Shown here one piece after another: positions 38,224-50,973 of a stretch of DNA of 64,000 nucleotides. The translations under genes and the position numbers were made by a program. The first letter of the stretch is position 1, and every line of letters starts with the position of its first letter. The stretch spans positions 54,994,001 through 55,058,000 of the forward strand of contig NC_043010.1 in NCBI RefSeq assembly GCF_006345805.1, in the 5' to 3' direction. The notes under the pieces were generated by a model, which saw only the letters and a program-made list of their open reading frames with translations, was not told where the DNA came from and did no database searches. The DNA comes from Octopus sinensis (lineage: Eukaryota).

Positions 38224-39888
38224 TATGCTTTATTTAAGCAGCAGAAAATTCAACAAAATATGTTACTCCTGAGTTTCTCGTTGCCGTTCATCAGACAGTT
38301 TTTGCTAGAATGGAACTTATATATTAATTCAATCTATACTCTTACAAACGCTACACCTTAAAAGAAATGGACTTGTTTGATTGGCCCTTTAGAAAAAACG
38401 GTCAATCTTCGAGCGATAAACAAAAAGTCCAAAATATATGTATATATATATAAAAAACTTATAAAAATTATAAAAATTATAAAATCCGAGGAAAAAACCG
38501 AGAAAAAACCTATTGCCGTTCATGAAGACAGTACAAATTAATGCATAGAAATTAAACCTGTTATAAATACTGCAATACATATTTATATTAAAATCCACAT
38601 ATATATATCAACATACACAAAAGGATGCGCGTAAACGCCATACATACATATACAGAACGTATGAATATGAATCTAATTTACACATAAAAGCATTGTACTA
38701 TATTCACGCAAACCGTCTCGCACGCAGCTAAATTCATCTATGTAGCAATTCTCATATACTGAGCAAGGAGGGGGAACGAAAGAAAGGGAAAGAGAGAAAA
38801 GAACGAAGAAGGGGTGAGGGTGGGGGAAAAACTTTAAGCGATGTTATGGGCATCTATAGAGGCTAGTTATACATACACAAGTTTGAATTGATACATATAC
38901 ATACCGTCGTGTGTATGCGTGCTTAAGCACAAGCATACTTTCACTTACACATACACAGATACGCATGCTTACAAATACATATGCTTTTCTATACATATAC
39001 TTATATAAACATTCTATTTTGACAACATTGCTTTTTTTAAAAAAAAAACATTGCTTTTAATGTTTTTTTTAAAAAAAAGCATGTTGTCAAAATTAGAATG
39101 TTTATATAAGTATATGTATAGCAAAGCATATGTATTTGTAAGCATGCGTATCTGTGTATGTGTAAGTGAAAGTATGCTTGTGCTTAAGCACGCATACACA
39201 CGACGGTATGTATATGTATCATTCAAACTTGTGTATGTATACTGGCCTCTATAGATGCCAATAACATCGCTACAAGTTTTTCCCCCACCCCCACCCCTCT
39301 TTCGTTCCTTTTTCTCTCTTTCCCTTTCTTTCGTTCCCCTCCTTGCTCAGTATATGAGAATTGCTACTAGATGAATTTTAGCTTGCGTGCGAGACGGTTT
39401 GCGTGAATATATGTACACATGCTTTTATGTGTATAATTTAGATTCATATTCATACGTCTGTATATGTATGTATGGCGTTTACGCGCATCCTTTTGTGTAT
39501 GTTGATATATATATGTAGATTTTAATATAAATATGTATTGCAGTAATTTATAACAATTTAATTTCTATGCATTAATTTGTACTGTCTTCATGAACGGCAT
39601 AGGTTTTTTCCTCGGTTTTTTCCTCGGATTTTATAATTTTTATAATTTTTATAAGTTTTTTTATATTATATACATATATTTTTGACCTTTTTGTTATCGC
39701 TCGAAGATTGACCGTTTTTCTAAAGGGCAATCAAACAAGTCCATTTCTTTTTAAAGGTGTAGCGTTTGTAAGAGTATAGATTGAATTAATATATAAGTTC
39801 CATTCTAGCAAAAACTGTCTGAAACGGCAACGAGAAACTCAGAGTAACAGATTTTGTTGAATTTTCTGCTGCTTAACATAAAGTATAT
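38224..39888. repeat. ~1.66-kb palindrome (arms ~830 bp, 6-nt spacer)
   Basis: 38224-39052 is the reverse complement of 39059-39888; centre acatt-gctttt-aatgt. Confidence 0.95.
38255..38304 (-). ncRNA. Minimal type I hammerhead motif in a Penelope-like fragment
   Basis: Minus strand: ctgt-CTGATGA-a cg gcaa cg a-GAAACTC ag GAGTA-aca. Confidence 0.55.
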
Positions 39889-39892
39889 ATAC

Positions 39893-39990
<98 letters not shown>

Positions 39991-40147
39991 TATATATATA
40001 TACATATATTATATATATAGTACATATATATATATATATTATATACAATTATATATATATAATATATATATATATATATGTATATATATACATACATACA
40101 TACAAATATATATACATATATATCCATACATACAAATATATACATAC

Positions 40148-40204
<57 letters not shown>

Positions 40205-40230
40205 TATTATATATATATATATATATCTAT
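39885..40230. repeat. (TA)n-rich microsatellite
   Basis: Direct reading. Confidence 0.95.
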
Positions 40231-40236
40231 CATATT

Positions 40237-40397
40237 ACGAGAGGCATCGTTCGGTTTCCGTTTACCATATCCATTAACAAATATTCGGACGGCCCGAGGC
40301 TATAGTAAAGAGACTTCCCATAGACGCCACATAGTAGCACTGAACCCGGAACCATGTGGCTGGGAAGCAATCTTTTCATCACACATCCACTCCTATA
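40237..40397 (-). mobile_element. Family A SINE, 5' half
   Basis: ggcccgaggctatagta...ctgaacccggaaccatgtgg. Confidence 0.8.
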
Positions 40398-40408
40398 CGT
40401 GCATACAT

Positions 40409-40445
<37 letters not shown>

Positions 40446-40526
40446 AATATATACATAAAATATACATACATTCATATGTATATACGTATATACATATATT
40501 TTCATGTCTAATGCAATAAAATAATA

Positions 40527-40776
40527 TAAATGCGCCCTTTTAAAGCCTAGCCAGACTCACATGCCCGGTTTCCCGGTTTTAATGGCGCATGTGTTCCACA
40601 ACTGGATGGGACGCTAATCCATCGCAGCGTTACTCATTTTTACCAGCTGAGTGGACTGGAGCAACGTGAAATGAAGTGTTTTGCTCAAGAACACAACGCG
40701 TCGCCCGGTCCAGGAATCGAAACCACAATTTTACAATAATGATGCTGACGCCCTAACCACTGAGCCGCGCGCCTCG
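40527..40776 (-). mobile_element. tRNA-derived SINE, family D
   Basis: Minus-strand head tggctcagtgg-like A box and gtttcgattcc B box; central part shared with family C, different tail. Confidence 0.85.
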
Positions 40777-40921
40777 ACATCATGTCGTGAAATGCATTAG
40801 TGTCTGTGAATGCGCTTGATTGTGCGTGTAGATAGATATGAATATCCGTAGGAGGCATAGGACTATGGCTATTTACCTATTTCTTCGTGGATTGAGAGAA
40901 AAAAAATAACATGAACAGTTA

Positions 40922-41210
40922 TAGGCGCAGGAGTGGCTGTGTGGTAAGTAGCTTGCTTACCAACCACATGGTTCCGGGTTCAGTCCCACTGCGTGGCACT
41001 TTGGGCAAGTGTCTTCTACTATAGCCTCTGGCCGACCAAAGCCAATGCTGGTGTGTTAATGTCCCCGTCATTTAGCGGTTCGGCAAAAGAGACCGATAGA
41101 ATAAGTACTGGGCTTACAAAGAATAAGTCCCGGGGTCGAGTTGCTCGACTAAAGGCGGTGCTCCAGCATGGCCGCAGTCAACTGACTGAAACAAGTAAAA
41201 GATTAAAGAG
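40922..41210 (+). mobile_element. Family A SINE with internal deletion
   Basis: Intact tRNA-like head; sequence jumps from gaccaaagcc to atgctggtgtg, omitting the microsatellite segment. Confidence 0.9.
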
Positions 41211-42107
41211 TTGTAATTGATTTCCAGCACTTTTGTAGATCTCATAACGTGCCTACTTCTGTCGTAAAATCCCAGGTAGCTAAATAGCCAATCTGCTTAT
41301 AAACACACAAAATACAGTATCTTCAGCAAAATGGAGGAACAGATTTTCAATGTATAATATTTTAGTTCATTATATAATGTCAGTTTTCATCCGTCATTTA
41401 TCGAGAGTGAAAGCTTTAAGCTTAAAGTGTCTCTGAACTTTATATTACACGGTTTTTCTCATATAATGTGATAGCCGTTAGATAAAACGGGTTGTTAAGG
41501 CTGCCTCGCATATCTGTAGATAATTACATTTCAATTTTAATTGTCTTTACGAGTTTGTACTTCTGCTTGGATTGATTGTGCCAGTCCAATCTTCTTGTAT
41601 AAAATATTAGAGATTAACATGTGTGAATGATAAACACTGTTGGCGCATGAATTTCTGTTGGGTTTACGCAATCCGTTCGAAATAAGATTGCACAATTCAG
41701 AGCAGGGACATGTTAAGGACATATAAGCGGATATTGGTGTTCATGTTTGTTTATTAGTGTTCGCTTATTACGGGCATACAATGGCATTAGAGATTTCATG
41801 AAGTGGTTGTCTGGTAATTGTACGGCGGTATACATTTGGTATGAAGGGATACGAACGTCAAAATCTCAATTGAATTGGAATGGTAGAATGTCAATTTGAA
41901 CTTCAAGGAGAAAGTAACGGTTTGCCTTTATACATTAGTATATGCAGATATGTAGCATCATACTTATAAACTAATCTGATTATATTCTTAGAAACACTTG
42001 CGCACACACACACTAACACAGATACATACGCACAGCTTGATATACATACATCTATATCAATATTTATATCTACCTCTTTCTGTGTCTGTCTGTCTCGCAA
42101 ATATATA

Positions 42108-43396
42108 CGAGGGACGTTCAATAAGTAATGCCTCTGACCCACTTGCAGTTGTTTGATCTAGCTGAAATTTTGCATGTGCAATCATTTATATCTCTATAGA
42201 GTAAGTGGCAAATTACAGCTCTGAATTAATTGTGGTTACTGATCTACAGGTGTTTGAACCGAGTCAAGTGTGAAATGGAGCCTGTTGAGTGTCGAGCAGT
42301 GATCCGGTTTGTTGTATTTGAAGGACGCACACCACGGGAGACTTTTGATGAAATGAAAGTAACTTATGGTGATGATGCCCCTTCATATGACCTTGTAAAA
42401 CGCTGGCATCGTGAATTCAAACATGGTCGGAACTCTGTGGAAACAGCTCCCAGATCTGGTCGCCCCTTTCTGCCATTGATGAGGCATCTGTCCGTCAAGT
42501 TGAGGCTGCCATTTTGGAAGATCGACGCATAATTATTCGCAAAATAGTCCATGAGGTCAAGATTAGTACCGGGTCTGTGGAAACTATCATTAATGACCAT
42601 TTGCATATGCAAAAGGTGTCTGACAGATGGATTCCCAGGTTGCTCACGCCTTTCCAGAAGCATGAACGCGTCGAGTGCTCGAGGGTGAATTTGGAGATGT
42701 GCCAAGAAGATGAGTCAAAATTTTTCAAAAGACTGTTTACACAGGATGAAACCTGGGTCCATCACGATGATCCAGAGACCAAAGCCCAGTCAATGCAGTG
42801 GAAGCACCGTGATTCACCCCCTCCAAAGAAGGCAAGGGTGCAGCCCTCCGCTGGCAAGGTCATGCTCATAGTCTTCTGGGACCAGGACGGAGTAGTGATG
42901 ACAGATTTCCTGGCAAAGGGTCCCACAATTGCAAGGAGCCTATTATGCTTCACTATGAGGAAATTAAGAGAGGTTATCGAAATCAAGAGGCGGGGCAAGA
43001 TCAGCAAAGGCATCCCCCTCCTGCAGGACAACGCTCCGGTCCACAACCGCTTGTCGCCAGATCAGAAGCACAGGCGGATGGCTATGAACTCCTCCCCCAT
43101 CCCCCCTACTTTCCTGACATTGCACCTCTGATTTTCACTCTTCCCAGTCATGAAGTTGTTTTTTGAAAGGAAAGCGTTTCCCAGATGATGCAGCCTTGAT
43201 TTTTGAAGTCAGTTCAGGTTGGAGGACCAAGCTGGGGTCTTCTACAAAAACGGTCTCCAGAGCTGCATCAAACAATGGGAGAAATGCGTAACTCTGGGTG
43301 GATGCTATGTAGCAAAAGACTAATAACTGTGCCAAGTTTCGTTGCTCTACTGCTATGGGAAATGGGTCAGGGGCATTACTTATTGAACGCCCCTCG
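42108..43396 (+). mobile_element. Full-length mariner DNA transposon
   Basis: 34-bp TIRs cgaggg(a/g)cgttcaataagtaatgcc(t/c)ctgaccca with 2 mismatches; TA on both sides; 1289 bp. Confidence 0.97.
42275..43323 (+). pseudogene. Frameshifted mariner transposase
   Basis: MEPVECRAVIRF, WIPRLLT, TQDETW, QDNAPVH and HPPYFPDIAP motifs spread over several frames. Confidence 0.95.
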
Positions 43397-43435
43397 TATA
43401 TATATATATATATATATAATATATATATATATATA

Positions 43436-43812
43436 TGGTAAGTAGCTTACTTACCAACCACATGGTTCCGGGTTCAGTCCCACTGCGTGGTACTTTTTGC
43501 AAGTGTCTTCTACTATAGCCTCGGATCGAGCAAAGTCTTTTTAAGTAGATTTGGTAGACGGACATTGAAAGAAGCCCGTCGTATATATATATATATATAT
43601 ATATGCTTGTTTGTGTGTCTGTGGTTGTCCCTCCAACATCGCTTGACAACCGATGCTGGTGTGTTTACGTCCCCGTAACTTAGCGGTTTAGCGAAAGAAA
43701 CCGATAGAATAAGTACTAGGCTTACAAAGAATAAGTCCTGGGGTCGATTTGCTCGACTAAAGGCGGTGCTCCCGCATGGCCACTGTCAAATGACTGAAAC
43801 AAGTAAAAGAGT
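43436..43812 (+). mobile_element. Family A SINE, near full length
   Basis: Colinear with other copies; first bases of head missing. Confidence 0.92.
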
Positions 43813-44456
43813 GTAAGTGCGCGCATGTGTGTGTGTATATATATTCATACCTATATGTATTTATCGATACTATTAAATTTTTATTCCTGAGCATCCAAAG
43901 ATATTAAGACGTTTTATAAATTTTAGTATCTGTGTGCAATTTACTACATATATAAATATATGTGTATATATTATATATATATATATATAGTATTCTATAT
44001 ATATGATATATATATATATTATATAGATATATATATATGTATATAAGCTATTCCCAACAGAATCTGCTTTCAAACACTTTTCTCTGATTAAATATTTTTC
44101 AAACGGACGGCAATGAAATTTTAATTGAAATTCGTAAAACTGTTTACAAATGTGTAAACCGATATTTTGTTTCCGTGTCGCATACATAGATTCTTGAGCG
44201 CCTTCGTATTTCTCATGTGACACGAATTAGGTTTTATGTGGCGATATATTTGTTGGTGATCAGTTCAACAATAACTCTATATCAAACGCAAAATGTATGC
44301 TGCACTCGTTAATATATCTGGAGTCATTCATGTTGTTTCGTCAGGGAAATCAAGAAATAGCGCATACATTGTTATATCCTAAGAAGATTCACTCCCAAAC
44401 ACAAAATTTCGGACTCACAACACAGCCACCCCGCGCCTATACAAAACACACACACA

Positions 44457-44533
<77 letters not shown>

Positions 44534-44552
44534 ATATATATATATATCTATA

Positions 44553-44586
<34 letters not shown>

Positions 44587-44590
<4 letters not shown>

Positions 44591-44818
44591 CGGTGAGCTG
44601 CAGAAACGTTAGCAGCCGGGCGAAATGCGTAGCCGTATGTCGTCTGCCGTTACGCTCTGAGTTCAAATTCCGCCGAGGTCGACGTTGCCTTTCATCCTTT
44701 CGCTGTCGATAAATAAAGTACCAGTTACGCACTGGGGTCGATGTAATCGACTTAATCCGTTTGTCTGTCCTTGTTTGTCCCCTCTATGTTTAGCCCCTTG
44801 TGGGCAGTAAAAAAAATA
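44587..44818 (+). mobile_element. Family B SINE within (TA)n
   Basis: Colinear with 19892-20124. Confidence 0.92.
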
Positions 44819-44857
44819 TAATATATATATATATATATATATGGTACATAAGACAAT

Positions 44858-44994
44858 AGAGATGATATACAGTTGAGAAGCTTTGGCCAGTAAACATTCA
44901 TTCAGCCATATCTACCAATTAAATATCTATTCATCAAATAAATAGATATAATTAAATGTTTACTGGCTGATGTGGGTCGATTGTATATCCTCTT
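44858..44994. repeat. Imperfect ~137-bp inverted repeat
   Basis: agatgatatacagttga/tcgattgtatatcctct, gccagtaaacatt/aatgtttactggc, atatctatt/aatagatat. Confidence 0.75.
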
Positions 44995-45239
44995 CATTTT
45001 CATATTTACTTTATAAATCCTGAGTAAATTTCTAATTTACTCCCACCCAATATTTAACCCCACCTCCTATTCAATTGTGATATTACCATGCAATAGTAAG
45101 CACTTGGTTATAAATACGTAGGTACACATCCAGTAGATACTGCATATCTAATGTTTCTTAGGTGGTTTCTGAACCTCTAACTCATACGGTCACACACCAC
45201 ACACAAACACACACACACACACATACACACACACATATA

Positions 45240-45367
45240 TAGACCACAGGCTTGTTTCAGTTTCCATCCACCTAATCCACTCACAAAACTTTGGTCGGCC
45301 CGAGGCTATAGTAGCAAACGCTTGCAAAGGTGACACGCAGTGAGAGTAAACATGGAACCAATATGTG
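45240..45367 (-). mobile_element. Family A SINE fragment
   Basis: ttcagtttcc...atccactcacaa...ttggtcggcccgaggctatagtag. Confidence 0.75.
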
Positions 45368-45458
45368 TGTATATATATATATATATGTGTGTGTATATAC
45401 ATATACACATACATACATACATACATACATATATACATACAATATATATGTATATATA

Positions 45459-46433
45459 TCTTATTATAAAAGGCAGATTTTATCTGCCTCCCTTTGTCTC
45501 TTATAGAAATCTACAATATAGGATTTCTACAATTACAATTTACCTAGCATTTTTAAGAGTAGAATGCATCGGGTCTTGCCAGGTCCACTTTTTAAAATTT
45601 CAACCCCAATTAAGCAAAATTTAGAGAAAACTCACATTGTGGTGTATAAGTCAAATGCTTTTCTTAGTGTGGGCTTACACCACACGCACACGCACACACA
45701 TAGTGTGCAACGAATAAAGTGAAAGTAATTCATTTTGTAGTGACTGACTCTTTCACTCTGCCTTCCCACTTCCTCTTTACACGCAAATATATAAATAAAA
45801 TTGTAAGTTAACGTGGTGTGTGTGCGTGTGTGTGAGTGTGTGTGTGTGCGTGTGGTGTGATGGTGCGTGTGTGTGTGTGCGTGTGCGTGAGCGTGTGACA
45901 GGAAAGTTTTTTAGGACGAATATAAGACCTAAAGTATATCCAAGTAGCAGAAAGATCGCCCGAAAGTGTATTAGATATAAATGTATTTATATATTCATCT
46001 TACACAGATTTATGTATAATGTGTGTGATATATTTCCATAGAGGTAACCTTTCACTCCATACATGTTTTTTAGGACGCACTAAGATCTAAAGTATATACA
46101 AGTAGCAGAAAGATCTCCCAAAGGTGTATATAGATATTTAAATGTATTTATATATTCATCTATACACAGATGTATGTATAATTTGTGTGTGTATATTTCC
46201 ATAGACGTAACCATTCACTCCGCACAAAGTTTTTTAGGACGAAAAATATCGAAGTTAGTTCTCTTAAGTAGCACAAAGATCGCCCAAAAGTGTATATAGA
46301 TATATAAATGTATTTATATATTCATCTAGCACACATGTATGTATAACGTGTGTGTATATATTTCCATAGAGGTAACCATTCACTCCATACAAGTTTTTTA
46401 GGATGAAAAATAAGATCTAAAGTTATCTCTAAG
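45459..46433 (+). repeat. Duplicate of the Helitron 5' part, upstream of the gap
   Basis: Near-identical to 46535-47513. Confidence 0.9.
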
Positions 46434-46533
46434 NNNNNNNNNNNNNNNNNNNNNNNNNNNNNNNNNNNNNNNNNNNNNNNNNNNNNNNNNNNNNNNNNNN
46501 NNNNNNNNNNNNNNNNNNNNNNNNNNNNNNNNN
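46434..46533. other. Assembly gap (100 N)
   Basis: Direct reading. Confidence 1.
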
Positions 46534-46979
46534 ATCTTATTATAAAAGGCAGATTTTATCTGCCTCCTTTGTCTCTTATAGAAATCTACAATATAGGATT
46601 TCTACAATTACAATTTACCTAGCATTTTTAAGAGTAGAATGCATCGGGTCTTGCCAGGTCCACTTTTTAAAATTTCAACCCCAATTAAGCAAAATTTAGA
46701 GAAAACTCACATTGTGGTGTATAAGTCAAATGCTTTTCTTAGTGTGGGCTACACCACACGCACACGCACACACATAGTGTGCAACGAATAAAGTGAAAGT
46801 AATTCATTTTTGTAGTGACTGACTCTTTCACTCTGCCTTCCCACTTCCTCTTTACACGCAAATATATAAATAAAATTGTAAGTTAACGTGTGTGTGTGTG
46901 CGTGTGTGTGAGTGTGTGTGTGTGCGTGTGTGTGTGATGGTGCGTGTGTGTGTGTGCGTGTGCGTGAGTGTGTGACAGG

Positions 46980-47657
46980 AAAGTTTTTTAGGACGAATAT
47001 AAGACCTAAAGTATATCCAAGTAGCAGAAAGATCGCCCGAAAGTGTATATAGATATTTAAATGTATTTATATATTCATCTATACACAGATGTATGTATAA
47101 TGTGTGTGTATATATTTCCATAGAGGTAACCTTTCACTCCATACAATGTTTTTTAGGACGCATATAAGATCTAAAGTATATACAAGTAGCAGAAAGATCG
47201 CCCAAAAGTGTATATAGATATTTAAATGTATTTATATATTCATCTATACACAGATGTATGTATAATTTGTGTGTGTATATTTCCATAGACGTAACCATTC
47301 ACTCCGCACAAAGTTTTTTAGGACGAAAATATGATCTGAAGTTATCTCTAAGTAGCACAAAGATCGCCCAAAAGTGTATATAGATATATAAATGTATTTA
47401 TATATTCATCTATGCACACATGTATGTATAACGTGTGTGTATATATTCCATAAGGTACCATTCACTCCATACAAAGTTTTTAGGATGAAAATAAGATCTA
47501 AAGTTATCTCTAAGAAACAGAAAGATCGCCCAAAAGTGTATATAGATATTTAAATGTATTTATATATTCATCTATACACACATGTATGTATAATTTGCGT
47601 GTATATATTTCCATAGAGGTAACCATTCAATCCATACAAAGTTTTTTAGGACGAAAA
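46980..47657. repeat. ~165-bp tandem repeat, ~4 copies, inside the Helitron
   Basis: aagtttttaggacg unit starts near 46980, 47146, 47311, 47473 and 47638. Confidence 0.95.
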
Positions 47658-47906
47658 TATTTATATATAAAAGAAAGGTTGTGTGTCTGTCTACTCCGAT
47701 TTAGATTTCTAACTACTCCCACATTTTGGAATGCAGTTTAACCAAAACCAGGTATCTTATAGTCGTGATTTATATCGAGCCCTTCTGGGTATTAGCGCGC
47801 GTCTACGATGAGTCTATGATTTTACAAATAATTTACCATCATTTTTTTCCATTTTAATGCATATTTTTTTAAATAAAGAGAAGTAACTCTCAAACTTCAC
47901 ACCAAT

Positions 47907-48400
47907 ATGCGTGCTCATATGCGACGTAATATCACATCAGCAGCATTTCCTCACACCCTCCTTGCACTTGGCGAAGGCAAAATACCAGGGGATGAAAATG
48001 GTAATATTGCCATCGATTCCATTTGTACCATTGTTAAGACGCCTTCTGATCTCAGAGATGCAGTGTTCCCAGATCTACAAGCTAATTATCAGAATATGGA
48101 TTGGATTGGCAAAAAGCTATACTGGCCCCGAGGAATAAAACTGTTCACCATATTAATGATGAAATGCTAAAACTCATTCCTGGGGAAGTCTATGTATATC
48201 AGTCTATCGATACAACTCCTGACCCAGAGGACGTCATCAACTATCCAATAGAGGTACTCAATTCCTTTGAGCACCCCGGACTACCACCACACATTCTCAA
48301 ACTTAAAGTTGGTGCCCCTATAATGCTCATCAAAATTTGGTTCCCCCAAAACAATGCAATGGCACACGTTTGATCGTTATAAGTCCTTATCTCCCACCGT
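47907..48400 (+). pseudogene. Helitron Pif1-type helicase fragment, frameshifted
   Basis: LLALGEG...AILAPRNKTVHHIN...YPIEVLNSFEHPGLPPHILKLKVGAPIML...CNGTRL. Confidence 0.9.
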
Positions 48401-48638
48401 AAACTTATATCAATATTTGCCTGAATAATCATCATAATTCAGTGCAATCATTAACAGTACTTCAAGCAATTCAGCCCCGAGCACGCCGGGAAATTCTGCT
48501 AGTATATATATATATATATTATATAGATATATATATAAATACTGGTCTTCCATAAAACAACCTTGGCCAGACTTATGCCTCGAAGGGTGAATTTATAGGA
48601 GCAATCCCTAGGTCATTCATGAACAAAATGGTTCGCGA

Positions 48639-48704
<66 letters not shown>

Positions 48705-48707
<3 letters not shown>

Positions 48708-48928
48708 GTAGATACATATGCATATATTGTCCATATAGAGATTGACGTGCACACTAACCGACACACATATGAAAGGGAAGAAGAAATATATAGGTACAAT
48801 GATCTTGGTATTTATTCCTTAATGAGTAAGTGTACATATCTACATAAACCTGCTCAAATAATTATTTACTTACATGTACATAGAAGAGAGGACGTTTACA
48901 CACAACCACACACGCACACTGTGCACGC

Positions 48929-49000
<72 letters not shown>

Positions 49001-49797
49001 CCATTTATTATGTACTTACGCATATCGTTACGGTTTTCATTTAATTTTCTCAGCATATTTGGTTTTGTCTTTAAGTAAACTAGTTAAGGTAACAAATAAA
49101 CAAAAAAGCTAATTTCATCATTTTCATTTACTTGTGACAGTAATTCATACTTAATTCAATGACAAGAAGTTTTAATTCGATTGTTATTTACAAAGCAGCT
49201 GGGCAGAAATCATTTTACTTGGTAAAGATATTATATAAATCTAACGAAACTGTTTTACATACTCACGTTGTAGGTTACTGTTTTCGCCGCAAATATTTTG
49301 AAATTGGCACATATTTACATAAACAGAAAAACACACGCAAACTGCGACGCCTAGCGTGAATATATGTAAATATATTGAGGCAGGCCTGTATGTATGTTCG
49401 TTTGTATGTGTATATGAATGTATGGTTGTATGAATTCTGATATAGACGTATGTATATTCTATCTATCTATCTATATCTATCTATCTATTTCATTCTCTCT
49501 CTCTTGTACATACATACATTACATATATATACTATATATATATATCTATATATATATATATTATATATATATATTCGTAGATACATATGCATATATTGTC
49601 CATATAGAGATTGACGTGCACACTAACCGACACACATATGAAAGGGAAGAAGAAATATATAGGTACAATGATCTTGGTATTTATTCCTTAATGAGTAAGT
49701 GTACATATCTACATAAACCTGCTCAAATAATTATTTACTTACATGTACATAGAAGAGAGGACGTTTACACACAACCACACACGCACACTGTGCACGC

Positions 49798-49869
<72 letters not shown>

Positions 49870-50326
49870 CCATTTATTATGTACTTACGCATATCGTTAC
49901 GGTTTTCATTTAATTTTCTCAGCATATTTGGTTTTGTCTTTAAGTAAACTAGTTAAGGTAACAAATAAACAAAAAGCTAATTTCATCATTTTCATTTACT
50001 TGTGACAGTATTCATACTTAATTCAATGACAAGAAGTTTTAATTCGATTGTTATTTACAAAGCAGCTGGGCAGAAATCATTTTACTTGGTAAAGATATTA
50101 TATAAATCTAACGAAACTGTTTTACATACTCACGTTGTAGGTTACTGTTTTCGCCGCAAATATTTTGAAATTGGCACATATTTACATAAACAGAAACACA
50201 CGCAAACTGCGACAGCCTAGCGTGAATATATGTAAATATATTGAGGCAGGCCTGTATGTATGTTCGTTTGTATGTGTATATGAATGTATGGTTGTATGAA
50301 TTCTGATATAGACGTATGTATATTTA

Positions 50327-50373
<47 letters not shown>

Positions 50374-50410
50374 TTCATTCTCTCTCTCTTTGTACATACA
50401 TACATACATA
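48705..50410. repeat. 869-bp near-identical tandem duplication
   Basis: Unit starts ttcgtagatacatatgc at 48705 and 49574; junctions lie in TA/TATC tracts. Confidence 0.95.
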
Positions 50411-50413
50411 TAT

Positions 50414-50461
<48 letters not shown>

Positions 50462-50697
50462 TATATATACATACATTCATACATATATATATATATATAT
50501 ATATACTTCGCGTAGCAAATTATTTTATTTGCTAATTAGAGTCGAAACCAAGATATGACTGAAGGAGCAAGGTAAAAGTTTTTATTTTTCATTCCATTCG
50601 AAATTGCCCTAAACAGTGGTTTTGTTCGTTTTGATTGCTCCTTCTAGAATGTAAGGCTGCCTGTTTAGGGTCGCCTCTTTTGTGTTTAAATGTACGC

Positions 50698-50762
<65 letters not shown>

Positions 50763-50867
50763 CATACAACTGGTCCATAAAACAATCTTGCCAGACTTAT
50801 GCCTCGGAAGGTAACTTTATAGGAGCAATCGTTAGGTTGCTCATGATCAATGGGGGCGCGAGGATAT

Positions 50868-50973
50868 ATCGCTTGACAACCGATGCTGGTGTGTTTACGT
50901 CCCCATAACTTAGCGGTTTCGCAAAAGAGACAGATTGAACAAGTACTAGGCATACAAAGAATAAGTCCTGGGT
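50868..50973 (+). mobile_element. Family A SINE fragment
   Basis: atcgcttgacaaccgatgctggtgtg...aagaataagtcctggg. Confidence 0.85.

Larger units (their letters stand above)
46535..48502 (+). mobile_element. Composite non-autonomous Helitron
   Basis: 5' A|TC start, 3' hairpin cccgagcacgccggg (48476-48490), CTAG|T end (48499-48502), internal helicase fragment. Confidence 0.8.

Noticed and set aside
40922-41000. tRNA-like sequence
   Set aside because: It is the head of a multi-copy SINE and runs straight into the SINE body
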